DNA of 24,130 nucleotides from Catajapyx aquilonaris (Eukaryota): NCBI GenBank assembly GCA_000934665.2, contig JYFJ02002325.1, positions 62,001 to 86,130 of the forward strand, read 5' to 3'. Shown piece by piece: positions 1 to 9,951 of this stretch (position 1 is its first letter; each line of letters starts with the position of its first letter). The notes under the pieces were generated by a model. It saw only the letters and a program-made list of their open reading frames with translations, ran no database searches and was not told where the DNA came from. The position numbers and the translations under genes were made by a program.

Positions 1-1041
1 GCTTGCAAATTCACTTGATGGCTTCCTGAAGTGCAGTAAATTGTGTGTTTGGAATGGCAGCGAGTGCTTATTGCAAGCTGGCAAGGAAAATGGGCCGGAA
101 ATCTCTGGGCGGCCATAGTCCCCTCCCGCCTTTGCTGCTGCTGCTGCAAGGCCTACAATGCTGCTATCTGCCTTAACAAGTCTAATCACCATGCAGTTCA
201 GGCCCGCGCCAAATCCTGAGTCGTTGCACACCAAATCCGACTTGAACAAAGTTGTTAGCCCTCCCCCTTCCCCCCCTCAGCACAGCCAGCCCTTCCACTC
301 TCGCAGGCCTCCAAGAAGCGGCTCTGCTGCCAAGGCTGTATGCATTTGTACAGCCCATCAGAGGCGGAGCCAACGCTCCTGCATACAGAATACGGACAAT
401 TAGGCGGCGTTTAGCCGTCTCTGACGCGCCAACGCCTTTCCTCTATGGCCTCGACACGCTACTAGCCCCTTGTTTATCACCCTTGCTTCTTCCCGCCCTC
501 CTCCAGCCCAGACAAACTATTCTCTGATTAACGCCACCTCTGACCCCTCCTCTGCCTTCCCGGTTTCTTCAGGTCATTTCGCTTGCTGCTACGACTTATT
601 AAAAACGAACTTGGGGACTCGCAGCTAGCAACAGACTCGACTTTTATGCTCGAATTATGCAAAGTACGCGGCCCGACGACTGCCAGGGATTCAGCCCTTC
701 CCAGATGCGATAACGTCTCTGCATCGATTGTTTCAAAGCGGCCAACAACTGCAAGAGAAACAAGAAAAAAAAACTGCCGTCCCGGGCAATTAGGCTGTCA
801 TTTTAGTGACAAAAGCGGAAAAAAGCAGAAACAAGAGCAAAACATGCCGGTTGGACGGGTCCAGATAATGAGGTTTGATTCTGGCAAGGAAGAGGCGCTT
901 GATTGGCTCGAAATCGGTTGTTACGACGTGTCCTTTCGGCCGAGTCCATGGCTATAGCTGCAGGCCTTGCCTCACTCTATAGCCTTTTATGATGACGACG
1001 TTTGGACGAGTCGTTGAGGAAAGTCGTGGAAACCACGCCGG

Positions 1042-1284
1042 ATGCTCTTCATGTGGGGGGGGTTGTTCCTCCTGGCGGCACATGGCGCTCGGGCAGGAAG
1101 CTGCAGATTTACGTACTGCATGTGCGAGTGCTGGTACGGCAAGTGCAGGACGTGCAGTCCGCTGGACAAAGTGTCGCCCGCAGCACGCATCGATCTAGCA
1201 CAGCCAGCAGCAGCAGCTCCAATGGACCATGTGGGGAGGGAGCTAGTAGGTCTGGCGCTATATACGATATGTAACACAGGGTGA
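1042..1284 (+). CDS. Candidate small secreted cysteine-rich peptide; a single 80-aa ORF, or a first exon 1042-1280 if the donor at 1281 is used
   Basis: Hydrophobic N-terminus MLFMWGGLFLLAAHGARA ends in an A-x-A cleavage-like motif and is followed by CRFTYCMCECWYGKCRTC. 37 of the first 46 codons end in G/C. The stop codon overlaps a consensus donor AGG|GTGAGT. No homologue recognised. Confidence 0.25.
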   Translation: MLFMWGGLFLLAAHGARAGSCRFTYCMCECWYGKCRTCSPLDKVSPAARIDLAQPAAAAPMDHVGRELVGLALYTICNTG

Positions 1285-1461
1285 GTCAGAACTTCCATCC
1301 CGGCGCCAGGCGCTAGGGATTTCCATAAATGTAAAGGAAATAAGAGGAAACCAACAGGTAACGACGATGGGCGACCCTAAGCCACACGCTGCCACTATTG
1401 TCTACATGTTGCTTTCTGGACATGTGCTTGGCGACCTGTAGTTCTGATTCACCCTGTGCAG

Positions 1462-1516
1462 GTCCGGTACTGCTGCTGGGTCTGGGTATAGAGGCAGGCT
1501 GTGCTGGGCTGGCAGG
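1462..1516 (+). CDS. Candidate 55-nt second exon of the 1042 ORF
   Basis: Preceded by CTGATTCACCCTGTGCAG (acceptor AG at 1460-1461) and followed by GTGAGT at 1517. Joined to 1280 it stays open in frame (G-SGTAAGSGYRGRLCWAGR). Confidence 0.15.
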
Positions 1517-2523
1517 GTGAGTAGTGGCAGGAGGGGGTGGGCCACCTTAAAGAGAAATTGATGAGTCAAGACCAACTGTTGCAGTTGGTGGAGAAATATG
1601 CCGGCGACGCCTTCGTTGGCCCACAAGAAAGGCGTGATAAATGAGCATCGGAAGGGGGTCTCCCGTGCGGCACCCGCCTCATGAATAACCCTCCCAGGCT
1701 GTAGGCAAACAAGCCCTGCAGGTCCCCCCCACCAATCCAAACCCCTCTATTCTCACCATTTAAGTCCAGGCCCACCGACGAGGAATGGCCTTGTTTGTTT
1801 GGATGCGCCGCAACAGACTTGGTGCTACTTTGGCCCCAGGGGCACCAGCTATACCACCTTCTCTTCCCAAACCCTCCCTCAACACTCCCAATTCCATTCC
1901 TCCCAGACTGCCCAAGGAGAACTAAGGCCTCCCGATATTTACTGGCGCCATTTACGTGCTCCGCGGAAATAGGGAAACAGTCGCAGTCGCCATTAGAGTG
2001 CTCTCCGCCCTTATTGCAAAATTCCTGGAGTAAAACCGGCTATATTTTTGCCAGCCCACCCATTGCATTGAATCAAAGCTGCTGGAAAAAAATGCAAACT
2101 TTCGGATAAACAAGTAGAGATGAGCATCCGATACAGCAGCAGGCAAGTAACTAATACCAATGTCCCCGAGCAGCTCCACTAGATTTCATTCCAGCATCAA
2201 ACACGACTTGGCTCCAGGCGGGTCTCTAAAAAGGGTTTTTTGGGGGGGAGGTCGTTTAGGCCAGCAAGGGTTGGGCGAGTGGAACTGGGAAAGAGAGAAA
2301 AAAATTGGCAGTGCCGAGCGCAAAATTCGATCCCGGCATTGACGCCCAGGTATTATTTTACCCTTCAACACCGACCATTCTCAGGGATTTTTTTTCGGGG
2401 TGTGCTGCGGGTTGGAGCGACGGAGGGCATCGGTGGCAAAGATTAGCCACGCTTTTGTTCGGAGCAGCAAGCCGAAACTATTCGAGAGTGAATTTGGCAC
2501 TGGCCTGATGTTGCTACTGCTGC

Positions 2524-2531
2524 TGACGTCA
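2524..2531. promoter_or_regulatory. Perfect CRE (CREB/ATF bZIP) motif
   Basis: TGACGTCA read directly; function untested. Confidence 0.25.
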
Positions 2532-2568
2532 ATGGAATTAGAGCGAGCTCTGTAAGTTGCCTCTGGAC

Positions 2569-2601
2569 CCATCCATCCATCCATCCCATCCCATCCATCC
2601 A
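2569..2601. repeat. (CCAT)n/(CCCAT)n microsatellite
   Basis: CCAT x4, CCCAT x2, then CCAT CCA. Confidence 0.9.
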
Positions 2602-3492
2602 AGGTATTCGCCCAGGAATATCCCTCCCATTCATTTTCATACACGTACTCCAGTGTACTAATGATGTAAATATTCATCTGGCTCGAGTCGTAACGTCAGC
2701 CATACACATAGGGAAGAGGGCACAACGACAAAATGTGTACGCTGAATAAGTGCTGTGCTGCTGTTCCTAGCAAAAGCCGAGCAAGGTAAACAAATCATTG
2801 GAGGGAGGCCCCAGCGACACAAGATATACACTTTTTCCGGGGCCAAAGTACAGCGCCGCAGTCATTAGAATGGGGAGTAATTCATGAGCCGGGCGCATTC
2901 TGCAGCTATGAAATCATGCGGAGAAAAACGGGCCAAGTGTTTTTTCGTAAATCGTAGTCGCAAGCAGCAGCAAAAAAAAAACTTTTGCGAATTACGCCGC
3001 GCCATTCCGGAACGTAAATCATGTTTGCTATGTAGAGTCTAGAAAAGGCGTCCTCTGGAAGAGTGGGTGGGTTCTACTTCAGAACAAAAAAAAATTGCGC
3101 AGAAAAGCACTTTTATGGCTTCATACATCCCAGCTTGCGTCCGCCTAAAAACGTGAAATACGCCCCTCGGAATGCCACCTTTCCTAACTTGTTCCACCCT
3201 AAAATCAAAAGCACGTCGCCGTCACTTGTGTCCTACTCCACTAACTGACAGCCTTCCCTACCAACTTTCTCCACTTGGATTGTGAAATATGTCTGGCTGC
3301 TGCTGAAACCAGGAGGTACGCCTGCCTGCAGTTGGGGAATATCATTGTGAACTGGCTGCCTTCACCTCACAGCGCGTACACTGTGCCGGAGGTAGACAAC
3401 TATATGGCGAATGTGAGAATGCGTCATTTGCATCAGAGGGGTAGGGTTGAAACTGTAAACACGAACTAGAATATTAGAGCAATATTCATCCA

Positions 3493-3578
3493 TACAGAGT
3501 GTGTGCAAAATGGGTTTAGCCATTTTAAGTTGATCAAAGTTCACCTTAAATATTGTAACTATTATGGAACACCCTGTA
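3493..3578. mobile_element. Short non-autonomous Tc1/mariner-type element (MITE-like relic), including TA flanks
   Basis: Left end TA-CAGAGTGTGTGCAAAAT; the right end reverse-complements to TA-CAGGGTGTTCCATAAT. These are imperfect inverted termini beginning CAG(A/G)GTGT, with TA on both sides and an AT-rich interior. Confidence 0.55.
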
Positions 3579-6307
3579 GGGACTGGGAAATTGATCCAAA
3601 AAGTCGGAACAAACTGACCACTTTTTTTAAAAAAATGACGTTCCTTAATGGCGCGCCAAATTCGACTGCGTATTTTTGGAACAATAGAGCTTGGCCGCCC
3701 GATCAGCATATAACTTGTTGAATGCACTTTTAACTAATTGGTGTACTTAATGAGAAATGCAAACTTCCTGACAGAAAAAAATGCATACGTGGCGATATAT
3801 TTCATTACCGAAGTGCATTTATAAATGTGCTTTTAAGCTGATGCCAGCAATTGATATTTTACTGAGAGTCGTTGAACACGACAGCAAAAAAAATGTCAAT
3901 TAGGCTCTAATGAATGCAAAGTCGTGGAGTAAACAAACAAATAAAGTGCTGTCCGTTGATGTTTTACCACACGCGTGTAAACAGTATGGTGATAAACTGA
4001 CAAACACTCTAAGTGAGTTTCAAACAAACGAGCTTTACAAATCGAATAGTTCTGTCGCCTGTCACTTAAGCAACCAATAACGCGTTTGTCCGATTTTAGT
4101 GTGTAACTCCTATTCTATATGCACCTATGTCACCTGACACTCGTCTACCTCCATCCTGATGGATCCTGAATATTCATTCGACCGGAATCACTCACCGTTC
4201 GCTGTTAATCATGATTGATTGAAGTGTAAAAAAAAATGGAGCAGTGAGATTGGGAAAAGAAGGGATAGAGTCAGGAAGGGGGGGGGGGCAGAGAAAAATC
4301 ACAACTGGGGCAGAAAGGCCTGCCTTAGGGTCGATCATTTCCTCGTCTTGTTTCTGCGGAAATGAAAAGAGAGAAGAAGCCCTTGAAGGATTTCCAGGAT
4401 GAGGTGGCGGCCCCCCTTTTTTCTCTCCCCTGAAGGACTTGGGGCCTCACAAAACCAGGAATCACCGGGAGGTGGTCTACCTCACTTACTCCCCAGCCTT
4501 TTACAGAGAAAGACGAAGGTTCAGAGAAGGGGAAAGGGGAAGGAGGGAGGGGTTGGCAAAGGACTCGGAGATGGCGCAGTTTACGACTCTGCAGGGTGTC
4601 CGCTAAAGAATGACGGAGACATTAATGGCTGCCGTTCTTCTGTTACCTTCGCATTCAACCATGTGAAGCATCGTTCACCTCAGAAATATTCTGCTACTCC
4701 TATACTGCATTTTTATAGCATTGTACTTCGGCGCATTGTTAGCATTTCGGCACTAAAGTCGTTTATCTTGCCGTAAATTTTTTTGGGGAGCTAACGATTA
4801 CGATAATGGTCAGACTGCAGGAAAAGGGGGAATGAAGAAAAAAAAAACGCATGATGAAACCTGGTCAAGTTGCGTGTGAAGGAGGAAAATGGGCAGTATA
4901 AGAAAGGTAGTAGTGGGAGGGTAAGACTGAAAGAAGCGGAAGCAAGCAAGGGTCTCTACGGTGCAATTGGGGAAGAAAAGCAAGTTTCGCACAATTTGTC
5001 GCTGGGGGAATCCGCTCTGTCTCGAAGTGGCAGCCTGCGCGAAAGAAATCTGTCAAGTGAGGAATAAGACGTAAAGGGCTTCGTGCTTCGGATGAGCCGG
5101 AGAAGCAGATTCATCTGCTGCTGCCCTACCTCCAAATGAAAAACTTGAAGGCTCGCCATGTGTTGTCATGGGAGATGGATATATTCCATCACTATACACT
5201 CTCCCATGTCTTTGCTCCCAACACTTTTCACAACTGCTGCGGTAATGAAACACATGAAGATATGAAATCACCTTTTCCAAGCAGGCTTATCAGGCACATT
5301 CACATATGACTCTGTTCTTCATTTCAGATGTTTACATATTACACATTGCATCAGAGCAGTCATTACACAAATGCATGACACTCCTTAGGAAGGCCTGTTT
5401 GTCACACCAGAAATGACACTTTTCTGCTATGTTGCGTCACAGTATTTCCGTGTCATCCAAACAGCCGTTGAGCCTTCTGACAAAATGGCCCAAAAAGCGA
5501 CGTGTAATCCTGCTGCAGGCTAACAGAGTACAAAGCTGCAGCCAGCAGGCAGTCTTATATCCTAGAAAAATGCACGAGCTGCTGCTTCCCCCTCTTCTAA
5601 AAGGCTTGCAGGTGTGGCCTCCGATTGGCCCGAATTAAACCTTTTCGTCGCGGGGCTTTTTGGCATTCATCTTCATTTAGGAAGCGAAAACGTAGCCTCA
5701 GGCCTCATTCATTCCGGGGGCCTATGCAAGTTGGGGGACTGCCTCTAGGGGGACCCCCCTGAAAAAGAGGAGCATTTTGGAGCCAGAAGAACGAGCCTGA
5801 GAGAAAACCGAGGGGATCTCTGTGGCTCTTCTGGGGGAGGCCTCTGTCACCAAATAGGTCGGTGTCCAATTCCCCCAAGCAAACAACTCGCATTCGGCCG
5901 CCAACTTTCAGCAATCGAGTGCGCCACATAAACCCAGGCCAATGTCGCAAGTTTCCAGGTCGTGCCATATACGTCATTTGTCACAGTAATGTGCGGTAGT
6001 AATGCAGTACGTGTGTACCGGTACGGCGCTGGTATTGTGAGCTTGGGAGTTTAGGGAGTAGGAAAAAGAGGGTAGTTTGACGAGCGGGGGAATGATGATC
6101 CCCTCACGAGCGTAATTACCATCGGCAAATGAAACACCGGTTGGTTGCGAGGAGGAAATGAAGCTGGCCATGGAAGAATAAAAAGCGTACCACTGGGCGG
6201 AGCAGTCTTGGGCTGGGCTGCTGATGGATGGCCCCCGGCACGTACTCTCCCTATCAGACCAATTACCTGACTGCAAACCCCCCTCGCCACTTATCCAAAT
6301 TCGACCA

Positions 6308-6360
6308 CCCTTCCCCCCCCCCCCCATTCTCTACCCCCCCCCNNNNNCCCCCCCCCCCCC
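6308..6360. repeat. Poly-C tracts containing a 5-N unresolved stretch (6343-6347)
   Basis: Long C homopolymers with NNNNN in the sequence. Confidence 0.95.
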
Positions 6361-7182
6361 TTCCTTTCTTTCGGACTGCAAGACAACTACAGGCCCATTG
6401 CTTCCCAACGTTTCGACCCGCGGTCTTTTCCATGTTGTGAGTTCACGTTGATTTACGCAATCATTGGCTGCCTGTGTTTCAGGAAGGTAATTCGTTTCTT
6501 GATGCAATCAGGCGGATTGATTTTACGTACAAAAAATTGTATAAAAACAAGCCCTAAGGCCAATTCAACATTTTTACATTATTTACATACAATTAACATG
6601 TATGTAATTCAAGAGTGTCCCTGACTTTGAGTTAATACATCCAACCCTAAGTGGTCTCAAAGGACCATTAAATTTTAATAATTTTTGGGGGATATTTTTA
6701 ACAAACCTCCCGATCATTAATGAAACCTGTCACTCCAAGCCTGGCATTTCATTTGCCGCGCGGAACGGAATATATCAATTTGGATTTTTTTATATTTTTG
6801 AGTGACATGGCATCATTGATGACATCATTGACTTCCGATATTTATGCCAGCTCATTATTCCCGCAGCATTGCCAGATTCGGTGCATGGAGCTTTTAAACG
6901 ACACTCCAGCCAAACCAGCACGCTGCGTCATTTATTACAAGTTTGATGTGGCCAAATCTATGTACAGTAGACTATGATAGTAACTATTCAGCTCTTCGGT
7001 GATGTCACGGAAACGTGAACGTAAAGCATATCTGCTTTGACATATTTTATCACGGTATTTTGATTGCATATATACTGTTCACAGTTGGACACTTTTCATC
7101 AGTGACCAGTGCACTCTGAACGGGACGCTTGAATGGTACAGTAATATTTATCTGATGTCTTACAAATACCGCTCCCATGACA

Positions 7183-7224
7183 CTAATAGAATACAATGCA
7201 CCCTATGTTTTATTGCAGGTTAGT
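7183..7224 (+). other. Candidate recursive splice site (acceptor fused to donor)
   Basis: Branch-like CTAAT at 7183-7187, then TGTTTTATTGCAG|GTTAGT with the junction at 7218/7219. Confidence 0.3.
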
Positions 7225-7453
7225 TGCTGAAAGATATATTGCGTGTCTGTGTTAATCAATATGTCTTTGCCAAGCACTTTGTCCAAGAGTGGGAACATTC
7301 AACTATGGACTGCATGGGCTGCTTCGTTGGGTTGTGTGGTTTTTGTCTGGAAGGCTGTTGACTTGGAGGAAGCCCACCCTCCCCTAAAGTCATCAGGTGG
7401 TCTAATGGGTCTCGATTACACATGCTCTAGCGACAGGTTCAGAGTGGTACGGA

Positions 7454-7489
7454 GAGGTGGGGATGGGGTTAGGAGGTGGGGATGGGGTT
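7454..7489 (+). repeat. 17-bp direct repeat forming four GGGG tracts (G-quadruplex-capable)
   Basis: GAGGTGGGGATGGGGTT at 7454-7470 and 7473-7489. Confidence 0.8.
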
Positions 7490-7505
7490 GAGGGCAGCAA
7501 GCAGC

Positions 7506-7513
7506 TGACGTCA
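7506..7513. promoter_or_regulatory. Perfect CRE motif
   Basis: TGACGTCA, in the same 11-mer context GCTGACGTCAA as the 2524 copy. Confidence 0.25.
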
Positions 7514-8430
7514 ACTCACTTTCCCGCTTCTTACTACTGCAGTTTCGTAGCTGCAAAAGAGGAAGGCATGTTTTGTCCTCTTCCGTAACAGTCCCCAGGG
7601 GCACTTGTTGATGTCCCGGGTACAATAGAGGAACAGTGTCGGTTCCCACAGCTGCAATCCCACTGCAGTGTGAGCTCCATTCCCTCTTTTCTCAATGGTT
7701 ACCACTCGAAATACACTCGTATCTCAAGCACATCTGATCTATTCTCGTCAATCTACTCTCATCCTATTTCTAGCCGAATCGGGGGTCGGTAGAAAGCGCC
7801 TATTGCAATAGCATGAGCCATGTGTGTAATTCTGAATTGCGTTATTGTTACACTATTGTGGTCTTATCTTTTTGTACCGATCTTCGTCCTTTGCTTTTTA
7901 CTACAGATTGACAGGCCTTGTGTTTGGACTCTCTCACCCTCTATCTCTCTCTCGTCACTACTGGCGTTATCGAAAAGGCATTAAATCGGCTCGATTATCC
8001 TTCATTCTGATTTGCACCTGACGGGCTCTTCCGGGATCCATCCCATAGCTTCGGGGACTCTTTTTTGTAGCTCTGATGGTTTCTCCTGATACTGCATGAA
8101 TTGACACGTTTTTGAGGTGCTTTTTATCTCATGCGTGCTTGTTGAAATTTGAAATCAGCTATGTTATTAATTTGTTATTATGTTGTTGCTATTATTATTA
8201 TCATAATCTTCGGATTAGTGTATTTGCTGATTCATCACATTTGATATATTCGTTCTGTGGGCAGGAAAATTCGAGGGAATTATTACGGGACGAGATGTTA
8301 ATAATGATCAATATTGTTACGGTATTATGATATTATCATTTCGCTACAAATATTATTGACATAACTGTGGGACTCGTTACAAAATGCTCTGTACGTCCTT
8401 TGCTGAGCTTATACAGTGTAGACAAAATAA

Positions 8431-8536
8431 ATTGTTTAAATCAATAGGATCACCCCATTGTTTATTTAGCGGAGCCACAAAGTAAATCAATCATCATTTC
8501 ATTAATCTGTTGACAGGGGCTAAAATAATTTGCATA
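8431..8536. promoter_or_regulatory. Candidate developmental enhancer: Sox, Fox, Pbx-Hox, Meis and POU motif cluster
   Basis: CATTGTT 8456, TGTTTAT 8459, GTAAATCAATCA 8482-8493 (reverse complement TGATTGATTTAC), TGACAG 8511, ATTTGCAT 8528, and TAAATCA 8437. Confidence 0.4.
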
Positions 8537-9079
8537 TTGCTAAAAGGTTAAAAAGCGCCGTGACAAGAATAATTTGTCCATCCGACCAATGCACAGTTCG
8601 GGTTTCAATGGCATAGAAAGCACTGAAAGAAACAGTCCCGAGTCCTGCTGTTATTGTTGTTATTGTGTGCTATGGGTGGTGTTGGTGAGAGTCAAGTTGC
8701 CTGTAGGGCTTGCAGGGCTAGTCCTGCGCAATGCACAAGTGGTTGGCGGAACTAGCAAGCCGCAGACTGCAGCCTGCCTGCCCGCCTGTTTATTCACTGT
8801 ATTTATTTTAACTGGAGGCAAACATTTTGCTTTGGATTTGCATACAAAATCGTAGCTGCTTTAATCAGTTCCCCGGCTTTTCCTTTCCAAGGCGCTAAAA
8901 GGGTGCTGGAGGAGAGCTGGGGATGAAGCCGCGATTTAATCTCTTTTTAAACGGCACATCAAGCAGCCTACATTTTATTACATGAATTTCTACATAACTG
9001 CAATGTTTCAGATTGCAGTGTATAATTACACACGCGTACAGTGCCAGGGGAGAAACTTTCTGCGTGCGCCGCGCAGCCT

Positions 9080-9153
9080 TTAATGATGTGCACTAAATGA
9101 TACGTTAATGACCCAATTTACAGCAAATAGAGAGCCGAAATTTATTTTAATGA
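9080..9153 (+). promoter_or_regulatory. Homotypic homeodomain-site cluster
   Basis: TTAATGA at 9080, 9105 and 9147, plus TAAATGA at 9094. Confidence 0.3.
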
Positions 9154-9750
9154 GAGTCTCCTCCGCACTTGGCATAGGAATTCTAGGAAAATTGTTTCTG
9201 CACTCGGCGAAAAGAGAATAGTTTCGTACTCATTAGCTACAAATGACTGCGGATGTAGTTGGTGCAGTAGCGCGTCTCCTGCGGACTAGTGCCCATTAGG
9301 CCAGCAGCAAATAACAAAATAGTATTGTATAGTCCCTCCTTTCTACTCGACTCTACGGTGTAGACGTGGGGCTCGCTTTTGCTGTGAAAGGTCCAACTGG
9401 TGTTTTTGTGCTGGTGCAAAAGTCATGGACATGTATGATGTATGGCCTCCGAGCATTAGTCCCATTCAGCGTCTGTGATATATGTGCCAGCTCTTGAATC
9501 CAAAACGGGCTATATCATAAATATTACTCTTTTTTTCCACGAGTAAACTGAAGCGAACAAGTAGGACAACTGCTAATCTTTCTTGAAATTGCTTTAATTT
9601 TTTAGCGAGGACTGTGAAGGGAGGAGGCCGACAGGGGGTTGGGGGTGAGGGGTAAAATGGTACCTGAGTTGGCGGTATATATGTGTGGTGTGGAGCAACA
9701 GGCAGAGAGAATATCCTTTTCATCTGGCTGCGATGTGTTCCCCACAGAGG

Positions 9751-9787
9751 CCTCTTCTCTCTCTCTCTCTCTCCTCTTCGCTCTCTG
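9751..9787. repeat. (CT)n microsatellite with pyrimidine-rich flanks
   Basis: (CT)8 at 9757-9772. Confidence 0.85.
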
Positions 9788-9904
9788 CTGACGGCGCTGC
9801 TTTATTAATTTGGCGACATCTGCGCGCGACGAGCGGCGACGGGGCGGAAAAAGTTAATAAGGGAGACGGAGGGCTAGATCAGCGAAATTGAAAGTGTTTG
9901 CTAT

Positions 9905-9951
9905 CCCCCCCTCCTTCCACCCCCCCCCCCCTCTTCCATCNCCCCCCCCCC
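9905..9951. repeat. Poly-C tracts with one ambiguous base (N at 9941)
   Basis: Read directly from the sequence. Confidence 0.9.

Noticed and set aside
540..957. Strong-looking acceptor (TTTCTTCAG at 572) followed by a 124-aa ORF
   Set aside because: Pyrimidine tracts ending in CAG occur often on both strands. The ORF includes A-run-derived lysines and has no recognisable homology.
1525..1644. Protein-like short frame HLKEKLMSQDQLLQLVEKYAGDAFVGPQERRDK
   Set aside because: Only 39 codons between stops and no identifiable family; kept only as a possible third exon.
6583..6607. 9-bp AT-rich hairpin TTACATACA/TGTATGTAA
   Set aside because: Weak and within chance expectation for AT-rich sequence; not a terminator in this context.
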